Assembly (NCBI RefSeq): GCF_000014265.1
Contig: NC_008312.1
Span: 5,910,001 to 5,942,000, forward strand
Direction of reading: 5' to 3'
Source of the DNA: Trichodesmium erythraeum IMS101
GTDB lineage: Bacteria; Cyanobacteriota; Cyanobacteriia; Cyanobacteriales; Microcoleaceae
DNA length: 32,000 nucleotides
The notes under the pieces were generated by a model. That model saw nothing but the letters and a program-made list of their open reading frames with translations, did not search any database and had not been told where the DNA came from. Both the position numbers and the translations under genes were made by a program. Below are positions 1-9,176 of the stretch, in pieces; the first letter of the stretch is position 1; each line of letters begins with the position of its first letter.

Positions 1-2
1 AT

Positions 3-830
3 TTGGATGCTGATGGCAATATCACTACACAATCCCTTAGTTCGAGGTCTTATTCCCCTTCAGGTTCAGGAAATGGAGGAGCAATTAATTTGGATGCTGG
101 TGGCAATATTACTATACAATCCCTCCATTCCAGGTCCACTGCCAGATCATTCTCAGGAAATGGAGGAGCAATTGATTTGGATGCTGGTGGCAATATCACT
201 ACACAAGAACTCTATTCCTATTCCTATTCCAGCTTAGACAACTCAGGAAATGGAGGAGCAATTAGTTTGGATGCTGGTGGCAATATCACTACACCATCTC
301 TCAATGCATATTCTTTTTCCCCCTCAGGCAACTCAGGAAATGGAGGAGCAATTAGTTTGGATGCTGGTGGCAATATCACTACACAATCCCTCAATTCTTA
401 TTCCTATTTGTCTTCAGAAAAAGGGAACTCAGGAAATGGAGGAGCAATTAGTTTGGATGCTGGTGGCAATATCACTACACAATCCCTCAATTCCTTTTCC
501 TCTTCAGAAAAAGGTAACTCAGAAAATGGAGGAAAAATTGATTTGGACGCTGGTGACTATATCACTACACAAGATCTCAAGTCCTATTCTTTTTCTCCCT
601 CAGGCAACTCAGGAAATGGAGGAGCAATTAATTTGGATGCTGGTGACTATATCACTACACAAGACCTTGATTCGAGATCCTCTTCCAGCTCAGTCTCAGG
701 AAATGGAGGAGCAATTAATTTGGATGCTGGTGACTATATCACTACACAAGGCCTTGATTCCTATTCGTACTCAGAAAAAGGCAACTCAAGAAATGGAGGA
801 GACATAAAACTGAATGCCAATAAAATAAAA
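3..830 (+). repeat. About 10 in-frame tandem units of 87-96 bp (29-32 aa; GNGGAI(S/N/D)LDAG(G/D)(N/Y)ITTQ.L.S.S.S) inside the CHAT gene
   Basis: The motif ggaaatggaggagcaatt recurs at 69, 156, 246, 336, 432, 612 and 699, with degenerate copies near 521 and 789. This periodicity also creates the spurious alternative-frame ORFs 7..237 and 250..807. Confidence 0.9.
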
Positions 831-3800
831 CCAACCTCGGATAATGAAGAAAAACTAACAATACATACATTTTCATTCAGGAAAAATAAGTTTGGGGAAG
901 GAAAAGGTGGAGACGTTAACATTACCACTAACAATCTCAGCAAGACAGAAATATTTACACTATCTTCCCGCTCAGAATCAGGAAAAGTAACCATAGAAAG
1001 TAAGACACAAGAACCACTTCAAATCAATGACTCATCCATTACTACAAGTGTACAAGTAAGCGTACAAATATGTTCCTCCTGTGGAACAAGACTAGTTGGT
1101 GAAATAGGAGATACTCGATCAGGCGAAGTCTCTATCAATAGTTCCGGCGACCTCAGCCTCAACAACGTCACCATAGAAAGCGACACCAAAAGTAACCAAG
1201 CCGCAGGAGACGTCAACATCTACAGCATTGGCAACATTACACTTGACAAGACGGATATCATCAGTACTACCAACTCCCAAGGCAAAGCCGGCCAAATCAA
1301 CTTAGAAACCAAGCAAAACATAGAACTCACCAACAACAGCAAAATCTTAGCCAACACAGAAGGAACCGGAAACGCAGGTCAAATAAACATAGAAGCTAAC
1401 AACCTCATCCTAGACCAAAACACCAAACTAATCACAGAAACCGCAAGAGCTGGAAACCCCGGAGACATAAATATCCAAGCTAACACCATAGAGATAGGAG
1501 AAGGCGCTAAAGCCAGCACCACAGTCTTAACAGGTTCAACCAGCACCGGAGAAGGAGGCAACATCACCATCAACACAAACGAACTCAACGTCACAGGAAA
1601 ACTCGGAATATTTGCCGAAACCGAAGCGAGCAAAAACGCCGGTATCCTTCGTATATCACCCTACAAAAACAACCCCAACCTAGACATCATCTTCAAAAAC
1701 GAGGGCTTCATCTCCGCCTCTACCTCATCCACAGGCAACGGAGGCAGCATATTCATACAAGCCCCAGAAAACATAAAAATAACAGGCAAAGGATTCATTG
1801 CCACAGAAACATCAGGTACAGGTAACGCCGGAATTATTGATATCAAAACCAACAACCTGAGAATATCCAATGGAGTCAAAATCAATGCTTCCACAGAGGA
1901 CCAAGGCAACGCCGGCGAAATCAAAATCAACACCACAGACTTCACCCTAGAAAAAGGAACAAGTCTAACAACAGAAACCAACAGCGCCGGACTAGCTGGA
2001 AACATAGAAATAAACACCAAAAAACTCACAATAGGAAAAAACGCCCAAATAAGTGCCACAGCACTAGAAAGAGCCAGCAACAAAGAAGCAGGCGCAGGCG
2101 GCAACATCACCATCAACGCCAACAACCTAGAAATCTCAGGAAAACTAGGAATATTCGCCGAAACCGCAGGAGAAAGTCCCGCAGGCACCCTCACCCTGAA
2201 ACCATATAAAAACAACCCCAACCTAAATATAGAATTCAAACAACAAGGCTTCATTTCTGCTCGCACCAGCTCCAGTGGCAACGGAGGCAACATAAATATT
2301 CAAGCACCAGAAAAAATAAACATTACAGGAGACGGAAAAATATCAGCGGAAACCACAGGGAGTGGAAACGCAGGCACCATCAATATCCAAACAGAAAACC
2401 TCAACCTATTAGAGCAAGTAGCCATAAGCGCCGAAACCAACAGTCAAGGTCAAGCCGGAAATATTGAAATTAACTCCCAAACAGTTACCATAGGAAAAGG
2501 CACAGAAATAAGTGCGACAGCCGGAAAAAAAGCAACAAGCACCGGAGATGGAGGCAACATCACTATCAACACCAACGACTTAGAAATCTCAGGAAAATTA
2601 GGAATATTTGCTGAAACTAAAGGAGTATCAAATGCTGGCACTTTAACCCTCACCCCTTACAAAACTAACCCAAACCTCAATATTACGTTCACCGACCAAG
2701 GCTTCATTTCTGCTCGCACCAAATCTCTAGGAAAGGGAGGTGATATCAATATATTGGCACCAGAAAACATAAATATTACAGGAGATGGTCAGATAACAGT
2801 TGAAACCAAAGGTAGTGGAGATGCAGGCATTATTAACATTGAAACAGAAAACCTGAAAATAGCCGAAAATACAAAAATATCAGCATCCACATCTGACAGC
2901 GGAAACGGAGGCGAAATCAAAATTAATTCTAGTGAAACATTCCAACTGCAAGGCCGAATATTAACAGAAACCAGAGGAACAGGAGATGGAGGTATTATCA
3001 ATATTGAAGCAGGAGAAATAACTGCGCCTAACAGTAGGATATCAGCTAAAAGTACCGACGCCGGCAACGCAGGTACAATAGATATTACCGCCCAAGGAGA
3101 TATTACCACAGGAGCTGTTACCTCCGCCGCCAAAAATGACATGGAAACCTCTGACGGAGGTAGTATCAGTATTACCAGTGAACAAGGAAAAATTAACGCT
3201 ACCCGAGCAATTCAATCATTTTCAGAAGGAGGGAACGCCGGAGATGTTACCCTCAAAGCCCAAACAGACATAACCGCCAAAACCATAAGTTCTCACGGAA
3301 AGCAAGAGGGTGGTCAAATAACCATCACATCAGAAACCGGAAACATTGACACCAGTAGTGGTAACCTCTTAGCCAACTATTCAGGAGGCGGTGATGCCGG
3401 AGACATTACAATGGAAGCACCCCAAGGAAATATTACCACAAATGATATCTATTCCTACGCCGACGGAGACGGAGGTCAAATAAGTATTAAAGCCGGAAAC
3501 AATATTAATATAAAAGTAAACAGTAATATTATTTCCGCATCAGAACCACCAAATGAGGGGAACAGTGACAAACAAGGACAAGGAGGAGATATTACTCTAG
3601 AAGCAGGCAACAATATTAATACTACAACAGCTAAAATATATTCTGGTGCCAACGAGGGCGACACAGGAAAAATTGATATTACTGCAGATAACGCAATAGA
3701 AACAGGCAAAATAGACTTAGCATCAGGTTTTGTCAGACAACAAGAAAAAGTCAACGAAAACTTTACTATTATTCCCAAACCAGAAGGAGAAGCAACTCAA

Positions 3801-6800
3801 GGAAAAGCCAGAGAGATCCGACTCCGCAGCAGAAACAGTACAATAGATACTACAGGCGGCACAATAAATTCTCGTTCCCCAGACGGTACTGGAGATATTA
3901 TTATCAATGCCAAAGGAAATATTAGCACAGGGAAATTAGAAGCCAGCGCCCTTAACCCAGACAAGCCTACCACAGGTGGAGACGTTAATATTATCAGTGA
4001 GCAAGGAGAAATTAATGCAACTCAAAACATAGAAACCTTCTCAGAAAAAGGTACAGCAGGAGATGTAAATATTACTGCAGTTGGTCAGATCCAGACAAAT
4101 AATATTCTTTCTCAGGGAATGGAACGGGGGGGTAATATTCAAGTCAAGAGTGAAGGAGTAGAAATTCATTCCAGGGGTAATATAGACTCATATTCAGAAC
4201 AAGGAAGAGGAGGAAGTGTCAAAGTAGATGCCCCAGAAAGAGTAAATTTAGCAAATGTATCATCCTACGGTATGACAGAAAGTGGTGACTTAATTATTCA
4301 GAGCCAACAAGCAGAAGTTAATACAGTTAATGTCACAACACAAGCTCCGGAGGGATATAGTGGTCGTATAGTTATCAACGGAACAGAAGTAGGTACGGGA
4401 AATTTAAGTTCTATCGCTAGAACAAGTGCCGGGGAAATTAATGTAGAAGCGACAGATGGTTCCATTGCCACCTATGATATAGAAATGACATCAGATGGAA
4501 CAATAGGAGCTTTAACACTGAGAGCAAGAGAAAATATTACTACAGAAGATGTTACTCAAAATGCTGGAGAGGGAAATGTAGATATTAATATTGAGTCAGG
4601 AAGAGATCAAAATATCGGCAATACTACTCAAATAGCAAAAACAGGGGATACTAATAATGTTCAAACTGCAGGCCGCGACCAAAATAGTGGGAATATGAAT
4701 CAGAATTCTGGAGGTAATGCTAACAATATTCAAACTGCAGGTCGCGACCAAAATGGTAGGAATATGAATCAGAATTCTGGAGGTAATGCTAACAATATTC
4801 AAACTGCAGGTCGCGACCAAAATGGTAGGAATATGAATCAAAATTCTGGAGGTAATGCTAACAATATTCAAACTGCAGGTCGCGACCAAAATATTGAAAA
4901 TGTGAATCAAAATTCTGGAGGTAATGCTAACAATATTCAAACTGCAGGTCGCGACCAAAATATTGAAAATGTGAATCAAAATTCTGGAGGTAATGCTAAC
5001 AATATTCAAGCTGCAGGTCGCGACCAAAATATTGAAAATGTGAATCAAAATTCTGGAGGTAATGCTAACAATATTCAAACTGCAGGTCGCGACCAAAATA
5101 TTGAAAATGTGAATCAAAATTCTGGAGGTAATGCTAACAATATTCAAACTGCAGGTCGTGACCAAAATATTGAAAATGTGAATCAAAATTCTGGAGGTAA
5201 TGCTAACAATATTCAAACTGCAGGTGGGGAGAAAAATATTGGGCAAGTCACTCAAAATGCCGAGAATAATACCATTAATATTCAAACCGCAAGTGGGGAG
5301 CAAAATATTGAACAAATTAATCAAACTTTTGGCAACGAATCTATCAACATTCAAGATCAAGAAATTAATCAAAGTCTAGATACTACTTCAGCAATTTCTA
5401 ATAACAATGTACCTAATAATCAAGTACTTAATCAAGAAGATTTCTCTAATAATAACAATAACAATATCGAAGATAATTTCACTACAAATCCCTCAAATAA
5501 TAAAAACATTTTATCAAACCTTACCCAGTCTCAAAGGTCTGAATTAATTTCAAATTCTACCCCCAGCAACAATAACCAAACAACTAATACAAACACAGCC
5601 CAAGAACAAACAGAATCATCTATTAATAGTACAACAGATACAAAAAAAATCTTAAACACAATTAATGCTATAAATACCAATTATCTCACAGTTTCTGCCA
5701 ATTTAGAGGAAGCAGTAACAGTATTAGAACAAAGCCGTACTAACGAATATTCAAATTATTTTGGAACAGATTTTAAAGAACAATTTATAAACCAAAAAAC
5801 ACCCCGAGAAATATTAACAGATATGGCTGCTAAAATAGGAAAAGAATCTGCAGTTGTTTATATTAATGCTTATCCAGAGGAATTACAAATAATCTTATAT
5901 ACCAAAGATGGTCAGCCTATTCTTAAAACTATCCCCGAAGCTAACCGTAAAAAATTAGAGAAAGTAGTTATAAATTTCCTCAAATTAACGACAAGTCCTG
6001 CCTATCGTGATTCTAATAGTTATCTATCACCAGCAAAACAATTATATGATTGGTTTATTGCACCTATATCAGCAGAATTAGAAGCAGCAAATCTCGATAC
6101 CTTATTGTTCAGTATGGGTGAAGGTTTGCGTATTTTACCAGTGGCAGCATTACATGATGGAGAACAATTTTTAATTGAGAAATATAGCCTAAGTTTAATT
6201 CCGAGTATCAGCTTAATGGATACAAATTATCGCCCACTTCAAGGTACTCAAGTATTAGCTATGGGAGCTAGTCAGTTTATCAATGAAGAACCTTTACCAG
6301 CAGTACCTGTGGAGGTAGAAACAATTTCTGAAAAGCTATGGGAAGGTAGTAAATTTTTGAACGAAGAATTTACCCAGAATAATTTGTTAACTCAAAGAAA
6401 AAATTATCCCTATCCTATTATTCACCTAGCTACCCATGCAACATTTAATAGAGGAAAACCTAGTAATTCTTACATTCAGCTATGGGGTAATGAACAAATA
6501 AAGTTAAACCAAGTGCGGGAGTTGGGTTGGAGTAACCCATCGGTTGACTTGTTGGTATTGTCTGCTTGTCGCACTGCTGTAGGAAATAGAGAAGCGGAAT
6601 TAGGGTTTGCAGGGTTAGCAGTAGCAGCGGGAGTGAAGTCAGCTTTAACGAGTCTTTGGAGTGTGAGTGATGAAGGGACATTGGCCTTAATGACAGAGTT
6701 TTATACTTATTTAAATGATGCTAAGATCAAGTCAGAGGCATTAAGACAGGCGCAGTTAGCAATGTTGCAAGGGAAGGTGGTTATTACAGGTGGGGAGTTG

Positions 6801-6920
6801 AGGGGAAGCAGCACTCGTGGTGAGGTGAAGCTACCTTCGGCGTTGGCAAATGTCAATAATCAAAATTTATCTCATCCTTATTATTGGGCAGGGTTTACTA
6901 TAGTTGGTAGTCCTTGGTAA
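3..6920 (+). CDS. Giant repeat-rich beta-helical (filamentous-haemagglutinin-like) protein with a C-terminal CHAT (caspase-like) protease domain. The 5' end lies outside the window.
   Basis: An uninterrupted frame runs from the window edge to TAA at 6918-6920 (2305 codons). The N-terminal two thirds are G/N/T/S/I-rich repeats typical of parallel beta-helix adhesin-like proteins (GNAG(Q/E)I.I, GNGG.I.I.A). The last ~400 aa (about nt 5670-6917) look like a CHAT domain, with the dyad context IIHLATHATF (His codon 6435-6437) and LLVLSACRTA (Cys codon 6567-6569) and the ending HPYYWAGF. Confidence 0.85.
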   Translation: MDADGNITTQSLSSRSYSPSGSGNGGAINLDAGGNITIQSLHSRSTARSFSGNGGAIDLDAGGNITTQELYSYSYSSLDNSGNGGAISLDAGGNITTPSLNAYSFSPSGNSGNGGAISLDAGGNITTQSLNSYSYLSSEKGNSGNGGAISLDAGGNITTQSLNSFSSSEKGNSENGGKIDLDAGDYITTQDLKSYSFSPSGNSGNGGAINLDAGDYITTQDLDSRSSSSSVSGNGGAINLDAGDYITTQGLDSYSYSEKGNSRNGGDIKLNANKIKPTSDNEEKLTIHTFSFRKNKFGEGKGGDVNITTNNLSKTEIFTLSSRSESGKVTIESKTQEPLQINDSSITTSVQVSVQICSSCGTRLVGEIGDTRSGEVSINSSGDLSLNNVTIESDTKSNQAAGDVNIYSIGNITLDKTDIISTTNSQGKAGQINLETKQNIELTNNSKILANTEGTGNAGQINIEANNLILDQNTKLITETARAGNPGDINIQANTIEIGEGAKASTTVLTGSTSTGEGGNITINTNELNVTGKLGIFAETEASKNAGILRISPYKNNPNLDIIFKNEGFISASTSSTGNGGSIFIQAPENIKITGKGFIATETSGTGNAGIIDIKTNNLRISNGVKINASTEDQGNAGEIKINTTDFTLEKGTSLTTETNSAGLAGNIEINTKKLTIGKNAQISATALERASNKEAGAGGNITINANNLEISGKLGIFAETAGESPAGTLTLKPYKNNPNLNIEFKQQGFISARTSSSGNGGNINIQAPEKINITGDGKISAETTGSGNAGTINIQTENLNLLEQVAISAETNSQGQAGNIEINSQTVTIGKGTEISATAGKKATSTGDGGNITINTNDLEISGKLGIFAETKGVSNAGTLTLTPYKTNPNLNITFTDQGFISARTKSLGKGGDINILAPENINITGDGQITVETKGSGDAGIINIETENLKIAENTKISASTSDSGNGGEIKINSSETFQLQGRILTETRGTGDGGIINIEAGEITAPNSRISAKSTDAGNAGTIDITAQGDITTGAVTSAAKNDMETSDGGSISITSEQGKINATRAIQSFSEGGNAGDVTLKAQTDITAKTISSHGKQEGGQITITSETGNIDTSSGNLLANYSGGGDAGDITMEAPQGNITTNDIYSYADGDGGQISIKAGNNINIKVNSNIISASEPPNEGNSDKQGQGGDITLEAGNNINTTTAKIYSGANEGDTGKIDITADNAIETGKIDLASGFVRQQEKVNENFTIIPKPEGEATQGKAREIRLRSRNSTIDTTGGTINSRSPDGTGDIIINAKGNISTGKLEASALNPDKPTTGGDVNIISEQGEINATQNIETFSEKGTAGDVNITAVGQIQTNNILSQGMERGGNIQVKSEGVEIHSRGNIDSYSEQGRGGSVKVDAPERVNLANVSSYGMTESGDLIIQSQQAEVNTVNVTTQAPEGYSGRIVINGTEVGTGNLSSIARTSAGEINVEATDGSIATYDIEMTSDGTIGALTLRARENITTEDVTQNAGEGNVDINIESGRDQNIGNTTQIAKTGDTNNVQTAGRDQNSGNMNQNSGGNANNIQTAGRDQNGRNMNQNSGGNANNIQTAGRDQNGRNMNQNSGGNANNIQTAGRDQNIENVNQNSGGNANNIQTAGRDQNIENVNQNSGGNANNIQAAGRDQNIENVNQNSGGNANNIQTAGRDQNIENVNQNSGGNANNIQTAGRDQNIENVNQNSGGNANNIQTAGGEKNIGQVTQNAENNTINIQTASGEQNIEQINQTFGNESINIQDQEINQSLDTTSAISNNNVPNNQVLNQEDFSNNNNNNIEDNFTTNPSNNKNILSNLTQSQRSELISNSTPSNNNQTTNTNTAQEQTESSINSTTDTKKILNTINAINTNYLTVSANLEEAVTVLEQSRTNEYSNYFGTDFKEQFINQKTPREILTDMAAKIGKESAVVYINAYPEELQIILYTKDGQPILKTIPEANRKKLEKVVINFLKLTTSPAYRDSNSYLSPAKQLYDWFIAPISAELEAANLDTLLFSMGEGLRILPVAALHDGEQFLIEKYSLSLIPSISLMDTNYRPLQGTQVLAMGASQFINEEPLPAVPVEVETISEKLWEGSKFLNEEFTQNNLLTQRKNYPYPIIHLATHATFNRGKPSNSYIQLWGNEQIKLNQVRELGWSNPSVDLLVLSACRTAVGNREAELGFAGLAVAAGVKSALTSLWSVSDEGTLALMTEFYTYLNDAKIKSEALRQAQLAMLQGKVVITGGELRGSSTRGEVKLPSALANVNNQNLSHPYYWAGFTIVGSPW
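1554..3000 (+). repeat. Three in-frame super-repeats of ~450-545 bp (150-180 aa modules) inside the CHAT gene
   Basis: The anchor gg(a/c)ggcaacatcac(c/t)atcaac occurs at 1554, 2097 and 2550. At the protein level each module repeats GGNITIN.N.L...GKLGIFAET...PYK.NPNL.I.F..(E/Q)GFISA.T...G.GG.I.I.APE.I.ITG.G. Confidence 0.8.
4665..5216 (+). repeat. Eight near-identical in-frame 69-bp tandem repeats (23 aa: TAGRDQN(I/G)(E/R)N(V/M)NQNSGGNANNIQ) inside the CHAT gene
   Basis: actgcaggtcgcgaccaaaat (first copy has c for t at base 9) starts at 4665, 4734, 4803, 4872, 4941, 5010 (gctgcagg variant), 5079 and 5148, an exact 69-bp period. More diverged copies flank the block (about 4600-4664 and 5217-5340). 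Confidence 0.95.
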
Positions 6921-7265
6921 TAAAATTGTTGAGTTCACAACGGGATCGAAACTTTATAGCCGTTTTCAGATAACTTCTGATGGACGATAAACTTCTACCT
7001 TCATTTCTATTGGGTAAGTATTCAGCAATTTAGCAGTGAGCTCAAGCGCTTTTGTCTGTTAATAGCGTGCAAAAAGATGAAGTCAAACTAATTGTTTTTT
7101 CGTTCAGACTTTTAATTCTTTTTGGAGACAAACTCCTCCTTCTAGCTGATAGCTAACAGCTGAATGCTTCTCTGTTTTAGATACCAGTAGATACTCTTGC
7201 AAACTTACCCACCTTTAGTAATTCAAGAGTTTTTCTCATCTGTCTAAAAGAATTAAGGTTCAGAC

Positions 7266-8030
7266 TCAACATAAATTAGTATTAGCAAAATTATGGATTT
7301 CTAACCATTCTTTATCTGATAAAGGTTCAGTAATTAACTGAATTTTAAAACATTCACTTGCTGCTATAATTAATACTTCAATAATCTTATTAATCAAACT
7401 TTCTCCCATATCATTTGTAGATAAAAAAGATGTAAAAATATCAGAAACTCCAGAGAATACTTCAGAGTTAAAAACATACCTAAAAAACTCAATATCAGGT
7501 TCTAACATCATCGAACCATGTTGTAATATTGCTCCTTTTTTTCTAAGTTGCGCACTACCGATGAATTTTCTCCCATCAGGTAAAACTAAATCTGCACCTG
7601 TAGAAGTTCCAAAACAGTTTGGGTTCTTAATATAACCTCTTCCTGTACTGCCATAAGCTAAGTCAATACCAAGCGATCGCCATCCCCAGATTAAAAATTC
7701 ACAAATAGCCCGATAAGACTCAATGGGACTACCACTAAAACCAGAACTTATCAGACTATAAGTTAAGTCCCCTTGATGTAAAACTGCCCTCCCACCAGTA
7801 GGGCGACGCACAATATCTATAGGAGTACCTTGCCTAGTAAGATTTTGCCAATATTCGGGGTATGATTTTTGATGATAACCCAGAGAAATAGCAACTGGTT
7901 GCCAAATATAAAAACGAAGAGTCGGTGGAATATTTCCTTGGAGATGTTGTTGTAGCAACCATTCATCTATTGCCATTTGTAATTTTCCCGTTGTTGTTAG
8001 TAGGGGTATGAGTCGCCAAAACATAATCAA
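7266..8030 (-). CDS. Biotin/lipoate A/B protein ligase family protein (LplA/LipB-type lipoate or octanoyl transferase)
   Basis: 254-codon ORF. It carries the family motifs RRPTGGRAVLHQGDLTYS and GRKFIGSAQLRKKGAILQHGS (conserved Lys context). The track start at 8030 is TTG; the first ATG is at 8024 (MFWRL...). Confidence 0.8.
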   Translation of the reverse strand: MIMFWRLIPLLTTTGKLQMAIDEWLLQQHLQGNIPPTLRFYIWQPVAISLGYHQKSYPEYWQNLTRQGTPIDIVRRPTGGRAVLHQGDLTYSLISSGFSGSPIESYRAICEFLIWGWRSLGIDLAYGSTGRGYIKNPNCFGTSTGADLVLPDGRKFIGSAQLRKKGAILQHGSMMLEPDIEFFRYVFNSEVFSGVSDIFTSFLSTNDMGESLINKIIEVLIIAASECFKIQLITEPLSDKEWLEIHNFANTNLC

Positions 8031-8585
8031 GTACGAATTTAATTTTTGTAGTTCTTTCTTCTCTCAATAGACTACCCTTAATTGAGGTATCATTGCCAAA
8101 CTTATCAGGTAGGTTAGAGGCTAAAATTTAGACTTTAAAAAGCATTCAAAAATCTGTCGTTATGCACCATTAAATATGTGTTTATTCACTACTCTTAATT
8201 GAGGAAATCATATAACACCAATGTAATAAATTTTTATTAAACTTTATTGAGTAACATACCTACCCCTAACCCCGACTGTGAAAAGGTAAAAAGTTCCTGA
8301 AAACTTGATAAAATTAATACGTTTTTAGGGTGCTAACTATTAAAAAAGCTGTGGGGAAAGTTTTAATTACTTAGCAATTGAAGTTTGACCAAAGTTCAGG
8401 ATTTTATGTTTTACCCAACCCAAAATAAAAAGGTAAAAAAGAGGGTAAAAAATGATAAATTTTCTCCCTCCAAATTAAGAATTTTATACAAACAATTAGC
8501 CGTAAAGAAATCTAGAGATATTCCATAAAAAATCTCTACAAAAGTTGTAACAAAAAGCTTTTTAATATCTGGAAGTATATTTTAT

Positions 8586-9080
8586 TTATTGGCCAAATTC
8601 TGCAACTAAAAGTTCATCATTATCATCAGCAAGAGTCGCAACAATAGTAATAGCCCGCGAAATTTCTCCAGGAGATAATTCTGCCACAGTACGAGTTGCC
8701 ACAACTACAATTTGATTGTCCACAATGGCAAAATGAGATTCCATTGTTGATAACCAATTCATTTGTAATAATTTACGCATCAACTCTGGTTCATTTTTAG
8801 CAGGTAACTTCAATACATAAGACCAAACCGTTAAATTATCATCATCAGTTTCCCCAGTCAGTCTGACATATACATCCACACTGCCATATTTAAACTTCCA
8901 CAAATGGCCCGCTTCATTTTGAGCCACCATAACTTTTTGCTCTTCTGCCATACCGGCAATAACAGTCTCAATATTTTCTATGTAACCAAGACTAGTTTCA
9001 TCTTCGGTTAGTTCGTTAATATTTGCTTCCTCAATAGAAGCATTGTCCACAGAAACCGTTTCAGGGTTGTTAGTCGTCAT
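8586..9080 (-). CDS. Conserved acidic cytoplasmic protein, probably YbjN/T3SS-chaperone-like fold
   Basis: 164-codon ORF with an acidic N-terminus. The core W.F.YGS..V.V.L....D..L.V.S.V...P......L...LL..N........FA......V.......L resembles YbjN-family proteins from memory. The functional call is tentative. Confidence 0.6.
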   Translation of the reverse strand: MTTNNPETVSVDNASIEEANINELTEDETSLGYIENIETVIAGMAEEQKVMVAQNEAGHLWKFKYGSVDVYVRLTGETDDDNLTVWSYVLKLPAKNEPELMRKLLQMNWLSTMESHFAIVDNQIVVVATRTVAELSPGEISRAITIVATLADDNDELLVAEFGQ

Positions 9081-9176
9081 AATTACTTATACCCAGTTCA
9101 TATAGTACTTGTCTATTCTTAAAAATCTTAACCGAGAATCAAACAATATAGCTCTGAACCATTTTTCTTTTCTTCC

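Noticed and set aside
7-807. ORFs 7..237 and 250..807 (+) in an alternative frame of the CHAT gene
   Set aside because: They are by-products of the 87-96-bp tandem repeats; the same repeated peptide MEEQL(I/V)WMLVAISLH is regenerated each period. They lie wholly inside the much longer frame that continues into a recognisable CHAT domain.
761-6681. Nine minus-strand ORFs (761..994, 1019..1219, 1379..1633, 1661..2293, 2450..2653, 2789..3142, 3476..3778, 4596..5372, 6460..6681) antisense to the CHAT gene
   Set aside because: They are low-complexity, repeat-driven antisense frames. For example, 4596..5372 just mirrors the 69-bp repeats. None has a recognisable domain, and all are nested in the 2305-codon sense ORF.
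6939-6966. Possible terminator hairpin after the CHAT gene (AACGG...CCGTT followed by tt)
   Set aside because: The stem is only 5 bp, the loop is 16 nt and the U-tract is very short. It is too weak to call.
7139-7175. Short palindromic sequence AGCTGATAGCTAACAGCT in the 6921-7265 intergenic region
   Set aside because: It is a single small inverted repeat of a type common in cyanobacterial intergenic DNA. No second copy occurs in the window and it has no obvious association with a gene end.
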